A DNA stretch of 64,000 bases from Oikopleura dioica (taxonomy: Eukaryota; Animalia; Chordata), in the NCBI GenBank assembly GCA_907165135.1, contig OU015569.1, positions 9,176,001 through 9,240,000 of the forward strand, given 5' to 3'. A program made the position numbers and the translations under genes. A model generated the notes under the pieces. It had not been told where the DNA came from. It ran no database searches and saw only the letters and a program-made list of their open reading frames with translations. Below, in pieces: positions 1 through 12,100 of this stretch. Numbering within the stretch: position 1 is the first letter of the stretch; each line of letters starts with the position of its first letter.

Positions 1-1358
1 GATTCATGATACTATCAGAACGCATGCTCGTGGTTCCCCTGCTGCTTGTATCGACGTTCGAAGCAATTACAGGATCGAGAACGATGTCAGCGTTATTTGC
101 GGTGACGATGGATGTGACTTCAGCTGCGCCGACAAGTCGCACACGTAAATTAATTGCTCTTAATCATTTTTCACAGCTCTTTTCAGGCCAAATGTTGAGC
201 GCGTCAACTGTCAAAAGGTGACTGGCTCCTCCAGAGGAAAATATGAGTACGTATTTGTTACCTTAGTGAGCCATGTTTTACGTGAAATAATTCAGCGTTC
301 CACCCCAACTTATTGGATGTGCTTCTGATCCAAACCACTTCACCAAATGCGGCTCTGTCACCGCCTCCATCAATGTTCCTGATCTAGATAAGATGAAGAT
401 CAATTGCATGACTGCCACTAAGGTTTCGATCACCGAAAATTTGTAATTTTTAACACTAATTTTAAGTGCAAAGTCACCGTCCGAGAAGCGTACAAAAAGA
501 CTTGCGAGCCATCAGTCTCTCAGCTCAAGTGTGTTCCAAACAAGGGATATGATTACCCATACGACGAACTTCGATGCGAACGTAAGAGAGATGATCAAAA
601 GCAAATTTATTGACTTGTATACATAGGACCGAAGACCACAACAAAATGCGGCCCTGTTCTTCAGAAATTCCCAAATCTTACTGATGACTTCATCATTAAC
701 TGCATGACCAGCAAGTGCAAATTCGCTCACAAGTCAGGATTTGCCGTCAAGCCCGCTGAAGTTAGATGCAAAGGTACATCTTCAATGTCAAAAGTATTTT
801 AATTTTTTGTTAAGCCAACAAATGGGTGATCCCACCATCAAACCGAAATAACAACGGTGGCATTGATTTCCAGCTTGTAACATTCGACTCGCTGCCAGAA
901 GACACTTTCTGCAAAGGATTTGTAAGTTCTTTATTCTCCTAAAGGCATTTCTTAAAACAATATTTCAGAGTTTGAATGAGCACACAGAAGGCAACTACAG
1001 ACCACATGCTAAGGAAGTTCAATTTATGGGACAAGGAATTATTTCAAGACCAAGACCAAGTTGTGATGCCAAGGGTGTTTGTAGCTACTACTGCCCGTCT
1101 GATTACAACGGCGGTATGACGAAAATCGGCCGCCCGTTCAAATGTCATAAATCCAAGGTGACAGGAGTGCAATAAAGCAAATGTAAAAATTTGATCTAGG
1201 GATGGCTTCCTATCGTTTGGGCTGGCAAGCTGAGCTGTCACGATGTCTTCAATAAGAATAAACTTTATGATGTTGAATCAGGTGATTTATCAGATGATTT
1301 TTCCGACTCATCTGAGTCCTCAACGCAGGCAGCGACGACTCAAACAACAGCCATCTGA
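1..1358 (+). CDS. 5'-truncated multi-exon Cys-rich repeat protein, probably secreted; ends in a Ser/Thr-rich tail
   Basis: Short GT-AG introns join exons with related Cys modules (e.g. TTKCGPVLQKFPNLTDDFIINCMTSKCKF, TKCGSVTASINVPDLDKMKINCMT, PSCDAKGVCSYYCP). Ends SSTQAATTQTTAI* (TGA 1356-1358). Family not recognised. Confidence 0.5.
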
Positions 1359-2148
1359 TTGTCTGAGTGTGCCTGTTTGAAACTGCGTTTGAAACAGGGT
1401 TAGCTTACTAATCCTTCTATATTTCAGGATAATTGAACTGGCCGAAAATGTCTCGCCGTCGTCGATTTTCCACTGTACAAAGTTGTCCCTAGCTCAAGAC
1501 CCTCACACGCGCCCCGAAACTAAACCAAAATACCCCTACGTTAATATGCCCAGCTTCTTCTTGTTCAAAGCTTTCGTGAAGAGCGCCCGGTCGCTTCCCA
1601 AGCTGGCAGGGAGCTACCTTACCCTTGCAAACTTTGCGCCTACAAAATGTTTCGTATACACTTCTCATGCGAAGCTGCCTCTAGGAGTGAGGAGATCACC
1701 ATTTATCACCACTGCAGAGGTGGCAGAGACTAGCTTCATTAATCGTTGTTGTCAACTCCAAGTCAATCCCAGTTGGCCGCTGCCAACCGTGAAAGGGCGG
1801 CGCACCGTGGGGCGGAACCTAGCCGTCCTTTCACGTCCCGCTCGCGGCCCTGCTCGCACCGACCCTTATTATGGCAAACATTTTAACATTAAAACAGTAT
1901 CGGTAAAAACATTTACATATCGACCGCAACTACTACACATAAGCAATTCATGAAAAAAAAACTCTTAAATATCTGTGCAAATATTAAATATAAGTAACAA
2001 GGTTACTCACTGAATAGCACCAACTTTGAAAAATAAACTTTCAATATTGTTTTTTAACTCAATGATCACATACGATAGATTTTTTTCTAAGAGAAAGTTT
2101 TTAAAAGAAATAGAATTTATTTTTCTAAAAAAATGAAATACTATAAAT

Positions 2149-3704
2149 TCATATGCATTTTCTGTGGATAAAACTAGCACCATATTCGGCGTATTCTGAG
2201 GCTGTGAGTTTCGCATGATCCGTAAATCCACTGAGTGAAGCCAGGATCGAACCGCCTATCCATACGGAGAACTTTCTGTGCTTCGGTGAGTCGATCTTGA
2301 TGTTGATAGAAGAAGGGACCAGATGTTCAAGCTCAATCGTCAGTCGAGTTCGTAAGCCTTAATCCGAGATAATATCCTGAATATTATAGCTATAAATTGC
2401 AAAACATGCTACTCGTAATGGCTAGATATCTTGCCATAAGTGATTATTATCTCTTCCTGAAAACATGGAGGATCCTCCTGAGAGGACTATATTTTCGTAA
2501 AGTTGTCGTCTGACATCAATGTCCGTCTTCATTATCGATGTGTAAATCTGGTGGTGCATGCCTGGGCATTGTTTACCCATCATTGAAGGGTGAAAGAGGG
2601 CCTCAGTGCACTTAAATCTTTCTTGTCCAATTTTTAACTCCTGCCCATCTGGCATCAGATACATTTCTAAAAATACTTATTTTAAAATATTTCTTCCTCG
2701 AATACCATGCGATTGATCTTTCAGTGCTTCCTCGTAATTCTCCGCCACAAAACAATGTTTCTCCTTTATGTCTCGAACAATTTCTGTCTCGGCAGATGTT
2801 TGAAGCCGATGCCCAGCTGACATCAGCAGTGTTCGCATAAACATAGTAAGCTCTCGTCCGGCAAGGTTGACTCTTGAAACTGCACGGTCAATACCATATC
2901 CATCAAATATCGGTACAAGATGGGTCACTCCCGCACCGGAATCCGCAATAATGCCTGAATAAAAGTCATTTTCAAAAATAATTATTTCTTAAAAAGATGA
3001 TTAAATGATCTTTTGATATAATATCTTAGATATTATATCTACCTGTATTTACCTGTAGTTCGACCTGTCGAGTAAAGTGAAAGAACCGCTTGTAAAGAAA
3101 CATTAAGCCATTTAACTTCAAATTTCTCAAACATCACTTCTGCCATTTTCTCGCGATTTTCCTTTGGGTTGAGTGGTGCATCTGTAAGTAAAACTCCATG
3201 ATCTTCTGGGTCGACTCGTAATTCGTTGAAAAAGGTGTGATGCCAGACCGCTTCCATGTCATCCCAGTTGCAAACTATCCCGTTTTCGACAGGATACCTG
3301 AGTGCGAGAATTCCTCGCTTTTGCTGGGCCACATCGCCAACATAGAATCCCTTCGGGTCACCTATACCTGCCATGATCGGTGTATCTCCTTTAACACGGC
3401 CAACGATGCTGTCTAGGTTTCACAATAATCATGCAAAGAGCTTCTCAGCTATGATGCTCAGTAAACCTTGTGCCTAGCAAAACCGCGCGTGGAGCCTGTT
3501 CCCCAGCGAAGCCCGCCTTGATCATCCCCGAACCTACAAGAAGAGTTAATGAATAAGGTGCGCTCCTTCAGCTAGTCGCCATTTGTTATAATACATTATT
3601 TATCTGGAGATGAAATTAATCCATCGATTTTTGTTTCTTACTCGCAGTACGAGTAGTAGCGCGCTATTACCATTGTCGAGCACGAGCGCTGCTCCTTCTT
3701 CCAT
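2149..3704 (-). CDS. Divergent actin / actin-related protein
   Basis: Exons encode [69 protein letters not shown] and [15 protein letters not shown]...FIHRKCI*, which are actin-fold signatures with many substitutions. Confidence 0.9.
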
Positions 3705-3904
3705 CTCTCTTTACTATTTTTTGCTGCGTTAAATAATCTCGGCAAAAGTTCTTTGTTGAAATTTAACAACTCGTTTCTTCTGTTTGCATACTGTTTCCTA
3801 CGTCAAAGATCTACGCGTTTATTACAGTTTCGTTCAATAGAGCGCTTTCTTTATTGAGATATCTATATAGTGAGTGGTACGCAGGAAGGGCATTTTTCGG
3901 CTGG

Positions 3905-5356
3905 TCAGGGAAGGAAGAAGTGAATGAGGGCGATCTGAAAGTTATCATAAGCATTACGCAGGAGAAATAATGACCTACAGATATGATGGTGAGAGAAGCA
4001 AAAGGCACTGGAGCAGTTGAGTTTTTGTCGGAGATATCAGTAGCGAGGGTCGTTGTTGTTTCTGTGATTTCTGCTTTGGTAGTAGTAGTGACCTTTTCGG
4101 ACTCTTGCTTGTCTTTATACCACTTTTCGAAATTAGCGTCTCGAATGTCCTCGCTGTAGTTACAGTCGTCGCCTTAACTTTTGCGGAATGGATTAATCTC
4201 CAAGTTTACCATTGTCGCAGATGTAGCAGAAATTTGCACCGCATTCAAAGAGATTGTTGACGAACTTATCACGCTCACTGGGAATGGAACTTGTCAGAAG
4301 ATTCGAAACGTCGAAAGACTCGAAACCGGGCATTTTACATCCTCCAGATTTCTTGTTTTTCGGTTCGCATCTATTAGCTGTTTGTTAGTATTGAACAATT
4401 AATATACTTAATTAATATTTTTCAAATATATGATCGCTTTATTATTCTTGATCGCTGAGAGAGATGAATAATTGCGTTTACCTCTAACGATGCCAATTTG
4501 ATATAAGAGTTATAATGATTCTAGCTTTACCTATCGAAATTCTCGAGAGCTTTTATTGTATTGGGATTGTAACCCGATTTTTCGATTGGTTCGCCCTTCT
4601 TCTTTTCTTGATTCCATTTTTTCACGCAGCCAAAGTTGAAAATATTGTTCTCTAACAAAAATACCTAGTGCATAAAATAACTAACTTACGTTTGTCCTTG
4701 ATCATAAGACATCCTGCTGTTTTGTCGCATTTGATCGATTTAGAGTTCTCGGGCTTGTCACAACTGGTATCAACATCCGCCGCGGTCTTTTCAACATCTT
4801 CTTCCGACTCGAAGTCAGTGAAAAATGGCCCTGCATTTTCGGTTTTGGAGCATGCCTTGCACTTGATGTATCCTAAAATGTTAGATCTATGCTAGATTTA
4901 TCTCGAACAAGCTCGACTGATATCGAGCTCTCCTTACTGCGATTGAAAGTTTTAGAGTTTTCGTGAGCTACGATCTCATGTATCGTAGTTTGTCTCTTTG
5001 AACTTACGTTTATTTTTGGCCTCTAATTGCTTGACGAGTAAAATAGCCAGGAAATGGAAAAGTAACATTTCCAGAGCAGTGGTGGTCTTTTATCTCGTCA
5101 AAAATCAAAACAGTCTGAATGAGGATACATTTATTGGCGGATTCATTTGGAGCAACAAATTTGATTAATTCGGAAGCACGCGATTTCCCAAAGGATCGAT
5201 TCCCTTAGAGCACAAAAGGGAGCCCTGCTCTGGGTCAAATTCAATTTCGGCAAAGTTGTCCGAATCCACGTTAACATCAGCAAAAAAAAAATAAATTGAT
5301 TAAAAAACGTGAACTATCTCGCTCTCAAAATTAAGAAAGAGGCTAGCCTTCTTCAT
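3905..5356 (-). CDS. Cys-rich surface protein with Thr-rich stalk and hydrophobic C-terminus (GPI/TM anchor candidate)
   Basis: Exons with CSKG, KCDKTAGC and ECGANFCYICDNGDDCN (Ly6-like CxxDxCN ending), then VTTTTKAEITETTTLAT and ASLTIISIALIHFFLP*. Some splice sites are uncertain. Confidence 0.45.
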
Positions 5357-5749
5357 TTTCACAGTTGGAAACTGTCAGCTGCTCTTTCAGACGATTTTTA
5401 AGGTCTGGGAATTTGAAGGTTTATTTTAAGAGTCGATCTCAAAAAGGTTCAACTCTTTTAATTTCGTCTTTGTGTTGCCACATTGAATTCACCTGCTTTC
5501 AAGGGGATAATTCGATTGCTACTAATCCTCTCTGTAGCAATAAGCGTCTATCAATATTACAGTGGGTTTCCCTTCGCTATATACGTTATTCGGTTTTGCG
5601 TTAGAAATGTGAGCATTGTTTAATCAACTATGTTTAAAAATAACTCTTTTTTCGTAAAAATCAATATTTTACATTTTCATTATATAATATAAAAAATCGA
5701 ATTTTGATAAAAATAACACAAAGTCCTGATAGATTTATCTTATATAAGA

Positions 5750-7576
5750 AAATTCAGGTCGACGAGATGAGGAATGTGACATTCCGAATGTCTCTTTGGT
5801 CATTTGGTTCTTTAACGTTATCAAAGGACGCTCGAAATTCTGGGGTCGAGTGAAGTCCTCGCCCTTCGCAGTAGATCGAAATTATCGATTTTATGTCCGA
5901 CTCTCGCCTGCTCTTTAACAACTTTTAATCGGTCAAAACTGTCTCAGAGCTGTGGAATTAAGCGGTTCGTTACGCCATGGTTCTGAGAAGTCTCTGGGGA
6001 TAACAATCTGAAACTCCTAAAAATGCAAATGCGAATTTTATCCACATTTGTCCTCTTTTATCCAAAAATGTATCCGAAAATCTCTTTGAAGTCTCTCTCA
6101 AGCACTCATTTATAAATATCAATTGTAACGCGCATAAATAAAAAAGAAAACAAGTCTTATCCGACTATCGGGCTTACAAAGCAATGCGAGCATCGATCGC
6201 TAGGGAGAAAAGGTCCGACAAGCCTGGCTCTTTGCTGCAATCATTTGATTATTCTGGAGGTCTCGAGACCGTTTTCGACCCGGATAGCTGAGTCACGACA
6301 CATACCAGTTCGACATACCTTTTCTTTTATTTTATGAAAATAATAATTTTATTTACAAGGGTCTTACAGTGCACAGTCAAGATGGCATTTCTGCTATCTT
6401 CCTTTCTTCGCTTGAGTCATGAACTTACCAATTGTCGACGCGTAATTTTTCAGCACTTTCAAGTTAACTTGTGCCTGAATGAACTTTGATTAGGTAGGAT
6501 TCCTTGTTGCCTCGTTACCGTTGAATTTCCTGAGTACGAAAACTCTCTCAGCCGAGGAAGCTGTTTGATTTTATCTGGTATTACTGTCAAATAATTTCGC
6601 TTTGAGAAGTGAAAAAGAAAGCTCTTACAGTCCGACGGACCGTTAGTTACGGTGGTGAAAGTTTGTTCACTTTCCTCGACATCCAACACTTCCAAAGTTT
6701 TCACCTTTGCGAGGTTTAAAGGAAGGGACTTCAAGCAGTTGTCACTAATCCAGAGCCCTTTTAGACGTCCAACGCAGGCAATCGCTTCCGATATAACTAA
6801 AACATTCGTTTCTTTGTCAAATGAGTTTAGCCACCTTCTATCATATTATTTTCCATGTGTAGATAGCGCAAGTTTGCGAGACAGCAGATTGATGTTGGGA
6901 GTTCTTTCAAACGATTTCTTTGAAGCCAAAGGTAGCGAAGATTAACCAGGTCTCGAATACTTGGATGTATTCTCGTGAGCCTGTTGCTGTTCAAGTATAG
7001 TGTCCTTTAAACGGGATCGCATCTTTTTATGAAATTGTTTTCTGGAATAAAATCCTCGTAGACGATCCTTAGGCTTCTCAGCTTGGTGACGGCAAAGGGG
7101 ACTTCTTTAAATTTGTTATTTTCCAGCGATAGCAGCTCCAGATTCTGAATGAGTAAAATTAAACGGGAGTTGAACAGCGAAGAAAAAAGATATCCCAAAG
7201 TGAGCTGATAATTTTCCTCTCACGATAAATTAGCACGACAGGTGATTACTTTAATTTTATTGCTCCGCTTTGCACTTGACTGTACTTCTCTGACTGAACA
7301 AATCAGAGTCTATTCCGAATAGACTATTCGCGAAATAAGAATAATGAAGACATAAAAGACTGACCTGAAGGCGGCCGAATTCTTCTGGTAGCTCGGTAAG
7401 CTGGACACCAGTCAAGTAAAGTCTTCAATGAGGTTGAAAATGAGGATGCGAATAGAATAGATCTAGGGAGGGTTCCTAGTAATCAAGAAATTGTGACTAG
7501 CATTTGAATGATTATCAGCCTCCCCTTGCAACATTCTGCCAAATAGGGAGCATCTCTGGTATTGCAAGTGAAACAT
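5750..7576 (-). CDS. Leucine-rich repeat protein
   Basis: Repeated LxxLxLxxNxLxxLP units: LYLTGVQLTELPEEFGRLQ, NLELLSLENNKFKEVP, NLRYLWLQRNRLKELPTSI, LKGLWISDNCLKSLP. Gene ends are approximate. Confidence 0.7.
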
Positions 7577-7639
7577 TCTTTTTGGTTATTTCGTGATCAT
7601 TTGCGTCAAATGTTGAGATTCTAGGCGAGACACGATCAC

Positions 7640-9100
7640 GGTGGTAATCTTCGATGGCGTCCTGAATGATAAATACTAATCAAGAGGGAGTACGCAAAAT
7701 ATCTAGAACGTGTCTTCGCAACGAAGCCGCATCGAAAGTGACAAGGAAGTAGAAAATATGAAAATACACACCAAAAGGACGCTTTCTTTCCTCCGCGAAT
7801 ACATCGATCCAGTATCGTCGAGATCGTCGTCCGAGGTCGGCTGGACATCTGAGCGCAATTTTATTCAATCAAAGTAAAAACAAGTAAAAAACTACTGATA
7901 AGGGGAGGGACGCGTGTTCTCCGACCAGCGCATGATGACGGTGCGCGGGAACGATTTCGACTCTGTGGTCTTGAATGATGATGATGGCGGTGTTCGTTAT
8001 GTACCCGATCCGAAGCTACGGATGCTATTGTCGGTCGACGTAGAGCCACGTTCCGTCTTTTTTCGCTCAAAAACGGATCTATTTATTTGAAAGATTATGA
8101 ATCGCTTTAGCGCCTTCCTGGAAGGACTTGGCTGTTCCACGGGCAAAATAGTGTCGGGTGATTGAACTCTACTCATATGTAGCGTGTTGATTGCAGCGCA
8201 GCTGCCCATTTGCGAAGCCGTCGACAGGGGACTCATGGCGCGCCGTGGCGATCCGCGGGAGTGTGTCAGCGTACTAGAAGCACTAGGATTGTGAAAGTGT
8301 GCGTTACGGTTTTCCGAATGTCCGGCGATCGGGATCTGCGGAACATGGTGTTGAAAGGCATCACTCGACGGTGGCAGTTTTCTAGCTCCAGCAGGAGTCT
8401 GGAAGATTGTTTTCATTGGTTTTTCCCAGTGCTAGAATAGATTTATTTTCTCCTCTCGTCGATCCTCAAAACGTGCGCTACGAATCCAAATCCCGATCAA
8501 TGTTCAAAGTGATTGTGTCATAAATCATGGGATCTCTCCAAGTGGGATTTACGGATGGTTTCCTCACCTCTGTTGACATGGGAAGAATAGTAGCCATGCC
8601 TTCTTTGGCCAAAATAAAATTGATTAAGACGATATATTTATCCTTTCCCCTTTTTATACCACAGTCATACCTGCTGCGTTTGCTCCGGATCAACATTTGA
8701 TACCACTGTTCGAGTGTTTTTATTATAAGCAAGTCCCTTGAAAATCGGTATAGCTTTAACATTAGGCTGAGGAAGTGGCTTTCATGGTTCTCAAAAAATT
8801 CTCCTTCAATTAATCTTATTTTATTTTGAACCATTCCTGGCGTGCTTTAATCTGGGATTTGCGGACAAAATGATTTTGAAACTCGTTATAAGGCTGAGAA
8901 TCCGACGAAATTCTCCGATAGTCTGTATCATAAGACATATGAACATCGCTTGACTTGTAACCTGTATACAGCGATGTGGATTCAGCTAACGACTTTCCAG
9001 GCTAAGTTAACAAGCCTAATAATTGCGATCTGGATATCGAATCCACATCCCTTTCCCGCATAAGGTCGTGGGCAACTGCCGCTTGTGCGCGCACAGGGAA
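7640..9100 (-). CDS. Hypothetical multi-exon protein
   Basis: Consecutive minus-strand ORFs (8478-8834, 7997-8416, 7861-8070) separated by intron-like gaps. No recognisable domain. Confidence 0.3.
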
Positions 9101-12100
9101 CATAATTATTTTGACTCAGGCTTAGTGAGCTTCGTGCGCTGAAATAAAATTTGTATTTTGGAAGGATGCCTTTCCTCTAGGATTCTTCTAAAAGTTACCT
9201 CGGCGCTGCAATGGAAAGTCGACTTGGCGTGTAGGTCATTTTCAACTCTCTAATTAATCTCGTGAAAAATAGCAAATGATATAAATAAACTCAGCGCTAG
9301 AAACGGAAGCTAAGTAAGTTGAGTCCAGCTTTAGAGCGCTAGCGCGACCATTTTAACACCTTTCTATCTTCAGACTGTAAATTAGAACTTGGTCGAGATC
9401 AGTCGCCGCAGAAGCAATAAGAAGCAGGGTATAAATAGCTTTTTAGGCTCTATTTTTGATCCTTCTATCATAAATCTTAATTTTTAGGGAAACTGGTTTC
9501 GATAAAGTTCATTTATTTCTCTGCAACTTACTGATAACATCTATCGCAATTGGTAACTCTCGCCGTGCTTGCCCACAGACACATGCTTGTAAAGTGATGC
9601 AAAGTGTGGCATTCTGATTGCTAAACAGCAGTCGAAGGACGACAAAAAGATTATCCCGAATTAGTGGCACTTCGATGTGATTCAAGTCGACTGTAAAGAA
9701 GCCCCTCTTTCGTAAATGCACAAGCATCTATATCTTTATTTAAGTACTAAGACAGCATGAACTACAGTAGAGCCATCAGAATAATTGACTCATCAATCAG
9801 AGTTTAGGGCTCTTCCGCTGTATACAACAGATTTTGACAGCTGCGAAAAAGGGTCATTTCCTTTCGGAAGCTTTGCAGCAGCTTTTTTTCTATACATTTT
9901 CGTTTATTAAAAAAAAGATGGAGAAAGTAAATTTTACAATTATGGCGTGTCGTTTCGTTGATAACAGCTCTCAGAGGATTACTGTAATCAGCATTTGAGA
10001 CAGTATACCATTTCTAATGAAGTGTTCTGAAATGTTAAATTGAGTGGCGAGAAAGTGAGTGATTCGAAATTGATGAAGTGATTACATGTACTGTCGCCTT
10101 ATTGATTTAACGTCATTAGGCCGAAAATGTTTACTAACGCACTCACTTTAAAAAGTCCTAATTACCTAAAACGTCGAAAATTTTGAATAAGAGTTGTCTG
10201 CTGCCAGGGCTCACAGAAGAACACTGAGCGCTGAAAGCACGGTTTCAGAGAAAAACGTACAGTATTCATGCATTTTACACATCATATTAGATTACGTGCC
10301 GTATTGATTTTGCGCAGAGTAACAGCGAAGTATTATTATTGCTATAATTGTTGTTGTTGTAATTTTCGTCCGGAGAGATTCGCTAATCACAAGAAAAGTA
10401 ACTTATCATGAAGCCAGGAGAAGGATGAGATCGCCGCTAATCAGGAACTGCAAGGCAGAATCTCGACGAAGGTGAGAAAGAACAAACTGCTGTAATTGAT
10501 GAAAACCTCATTTCAGAGAGTATTACGAATCGAGCAAAACAAGAAAGTCATTTTTCAACTATCTGAAGGAAAGGGGACTTTTTAAAAGTATTTATCAATG
10601 AAAATCGCCGAGAGTTGATTTGGACCCCGAATCGAGGAGGAAAGACAGTTAGTCGAGTTGCGCGATGAAAAATTCAAGAGTGAGGCAATTCAGGAAAAGG
10701 TTCACAAATTATTTCGCATATTCTCAATAGCTATTTATTATAGATCGGGGGTAAAACAACAAGTATTTTTGCAGACACATAAGAGCGACTTGACGCTTGC
10801 CCGCAAGTTGATATTTAGAGATAACACAGAAAAAAGCTACAGAAAAAAGATGAAGATACGTCTCTTCACCAGGTAAATATGGAAGTAGAACCAAAAGATA
10901 GAATTTGACTCGCCGCGCTGGAGTTGTGGTCGGCATTGACAAAACGGGAATCAACACTGTACTTTGTCAACAAATAGTCAACCAGTGAGTTAATTCAAGG
11001 TTAATTGCTTCGGCTTCTACTTTTGATCCTTTCGCTTATTCCGGCTGGGAAGCAGCCAAAACAACACATTGCCAGGTCAAGCATGGAAAATGAAATCGAA
11101 CATGAGAATTGTCAAATCCCTCAAAATAGTTAGATTTTTACCAAAAAAATACGAATGATACACAAATGTAAGGAAAAATGGCAACCTTCATTCCAGCGAA
11201 ATTCCAAAATCTTTTCGAACGGACCATAATGAGTGTTTATCATATTTTAAGAAAAAAATAAGTTCGACTTGCGCACAGCTTGGCTTTATTGATCAGCTCC
11301 ACTCAAATAAGGCCGATTTTATTCCTCCCATAACACAAGCAAGTTAATTAAATTCCGTCAGAGGCGAGGCCAACCTTTTTGTGGCAACTCTGATGCATCT
11401 AGCCCGCGAGAGAAATCAAGGAAAACTAGCCCAACAAGAAATTTAAAGCCGAAATGAATATACAAGAACTCGCCACGTAAGTGTCATGCTAAACTTGTCT
11501 TGCTAGCAAACATAAGATTGTACTGCCGTTAATTCTTTTGAACAGAAATGCAGATAACCAATTCTTTATTCCATCATAATTAAGTAGAACGACTCTCCTT
11601 ACGTACGCGATATCAGAGAATTTAGGATGTTCCCTTTTTATCGACAATATATTGTACTAAACATAGAGGAAAGCGTACTCAAAACAAAGTAGTTTGAATG
11701 TGCTGATTCTTGAAAACTTGATGACTTAAGAAGCACTGCGAGAGAACGAGAGATTATAAGACAAATTATTTATTCAGAATATCTACCGAATCGTACGTTT
11801 TCGAAAAACAAGAAAAGAGCATAATCGCGCTCATTATTAACGCAGCTACTGAAAAGGCGGCATGTAATTTTTCGAGGAGCGTTAATTTGATTTAATTAAA
11901 TCTGATCGCGCAGAAGGTGAATACAGATTATTGCAGCCAAATTTTTGACGAGAGCATTTTTGCGCAAATAGCCGCAATGGGCCTTTTCCGAAGACGCGCT
12001 CGCCAATAACAAAAGCTCCCGCCAATTATAGCAATCAATATTTCAGCAAAACTCTATCTCCAAAATCAGCTTCATCAATTTTGACCCTCGTTGGTGATAT

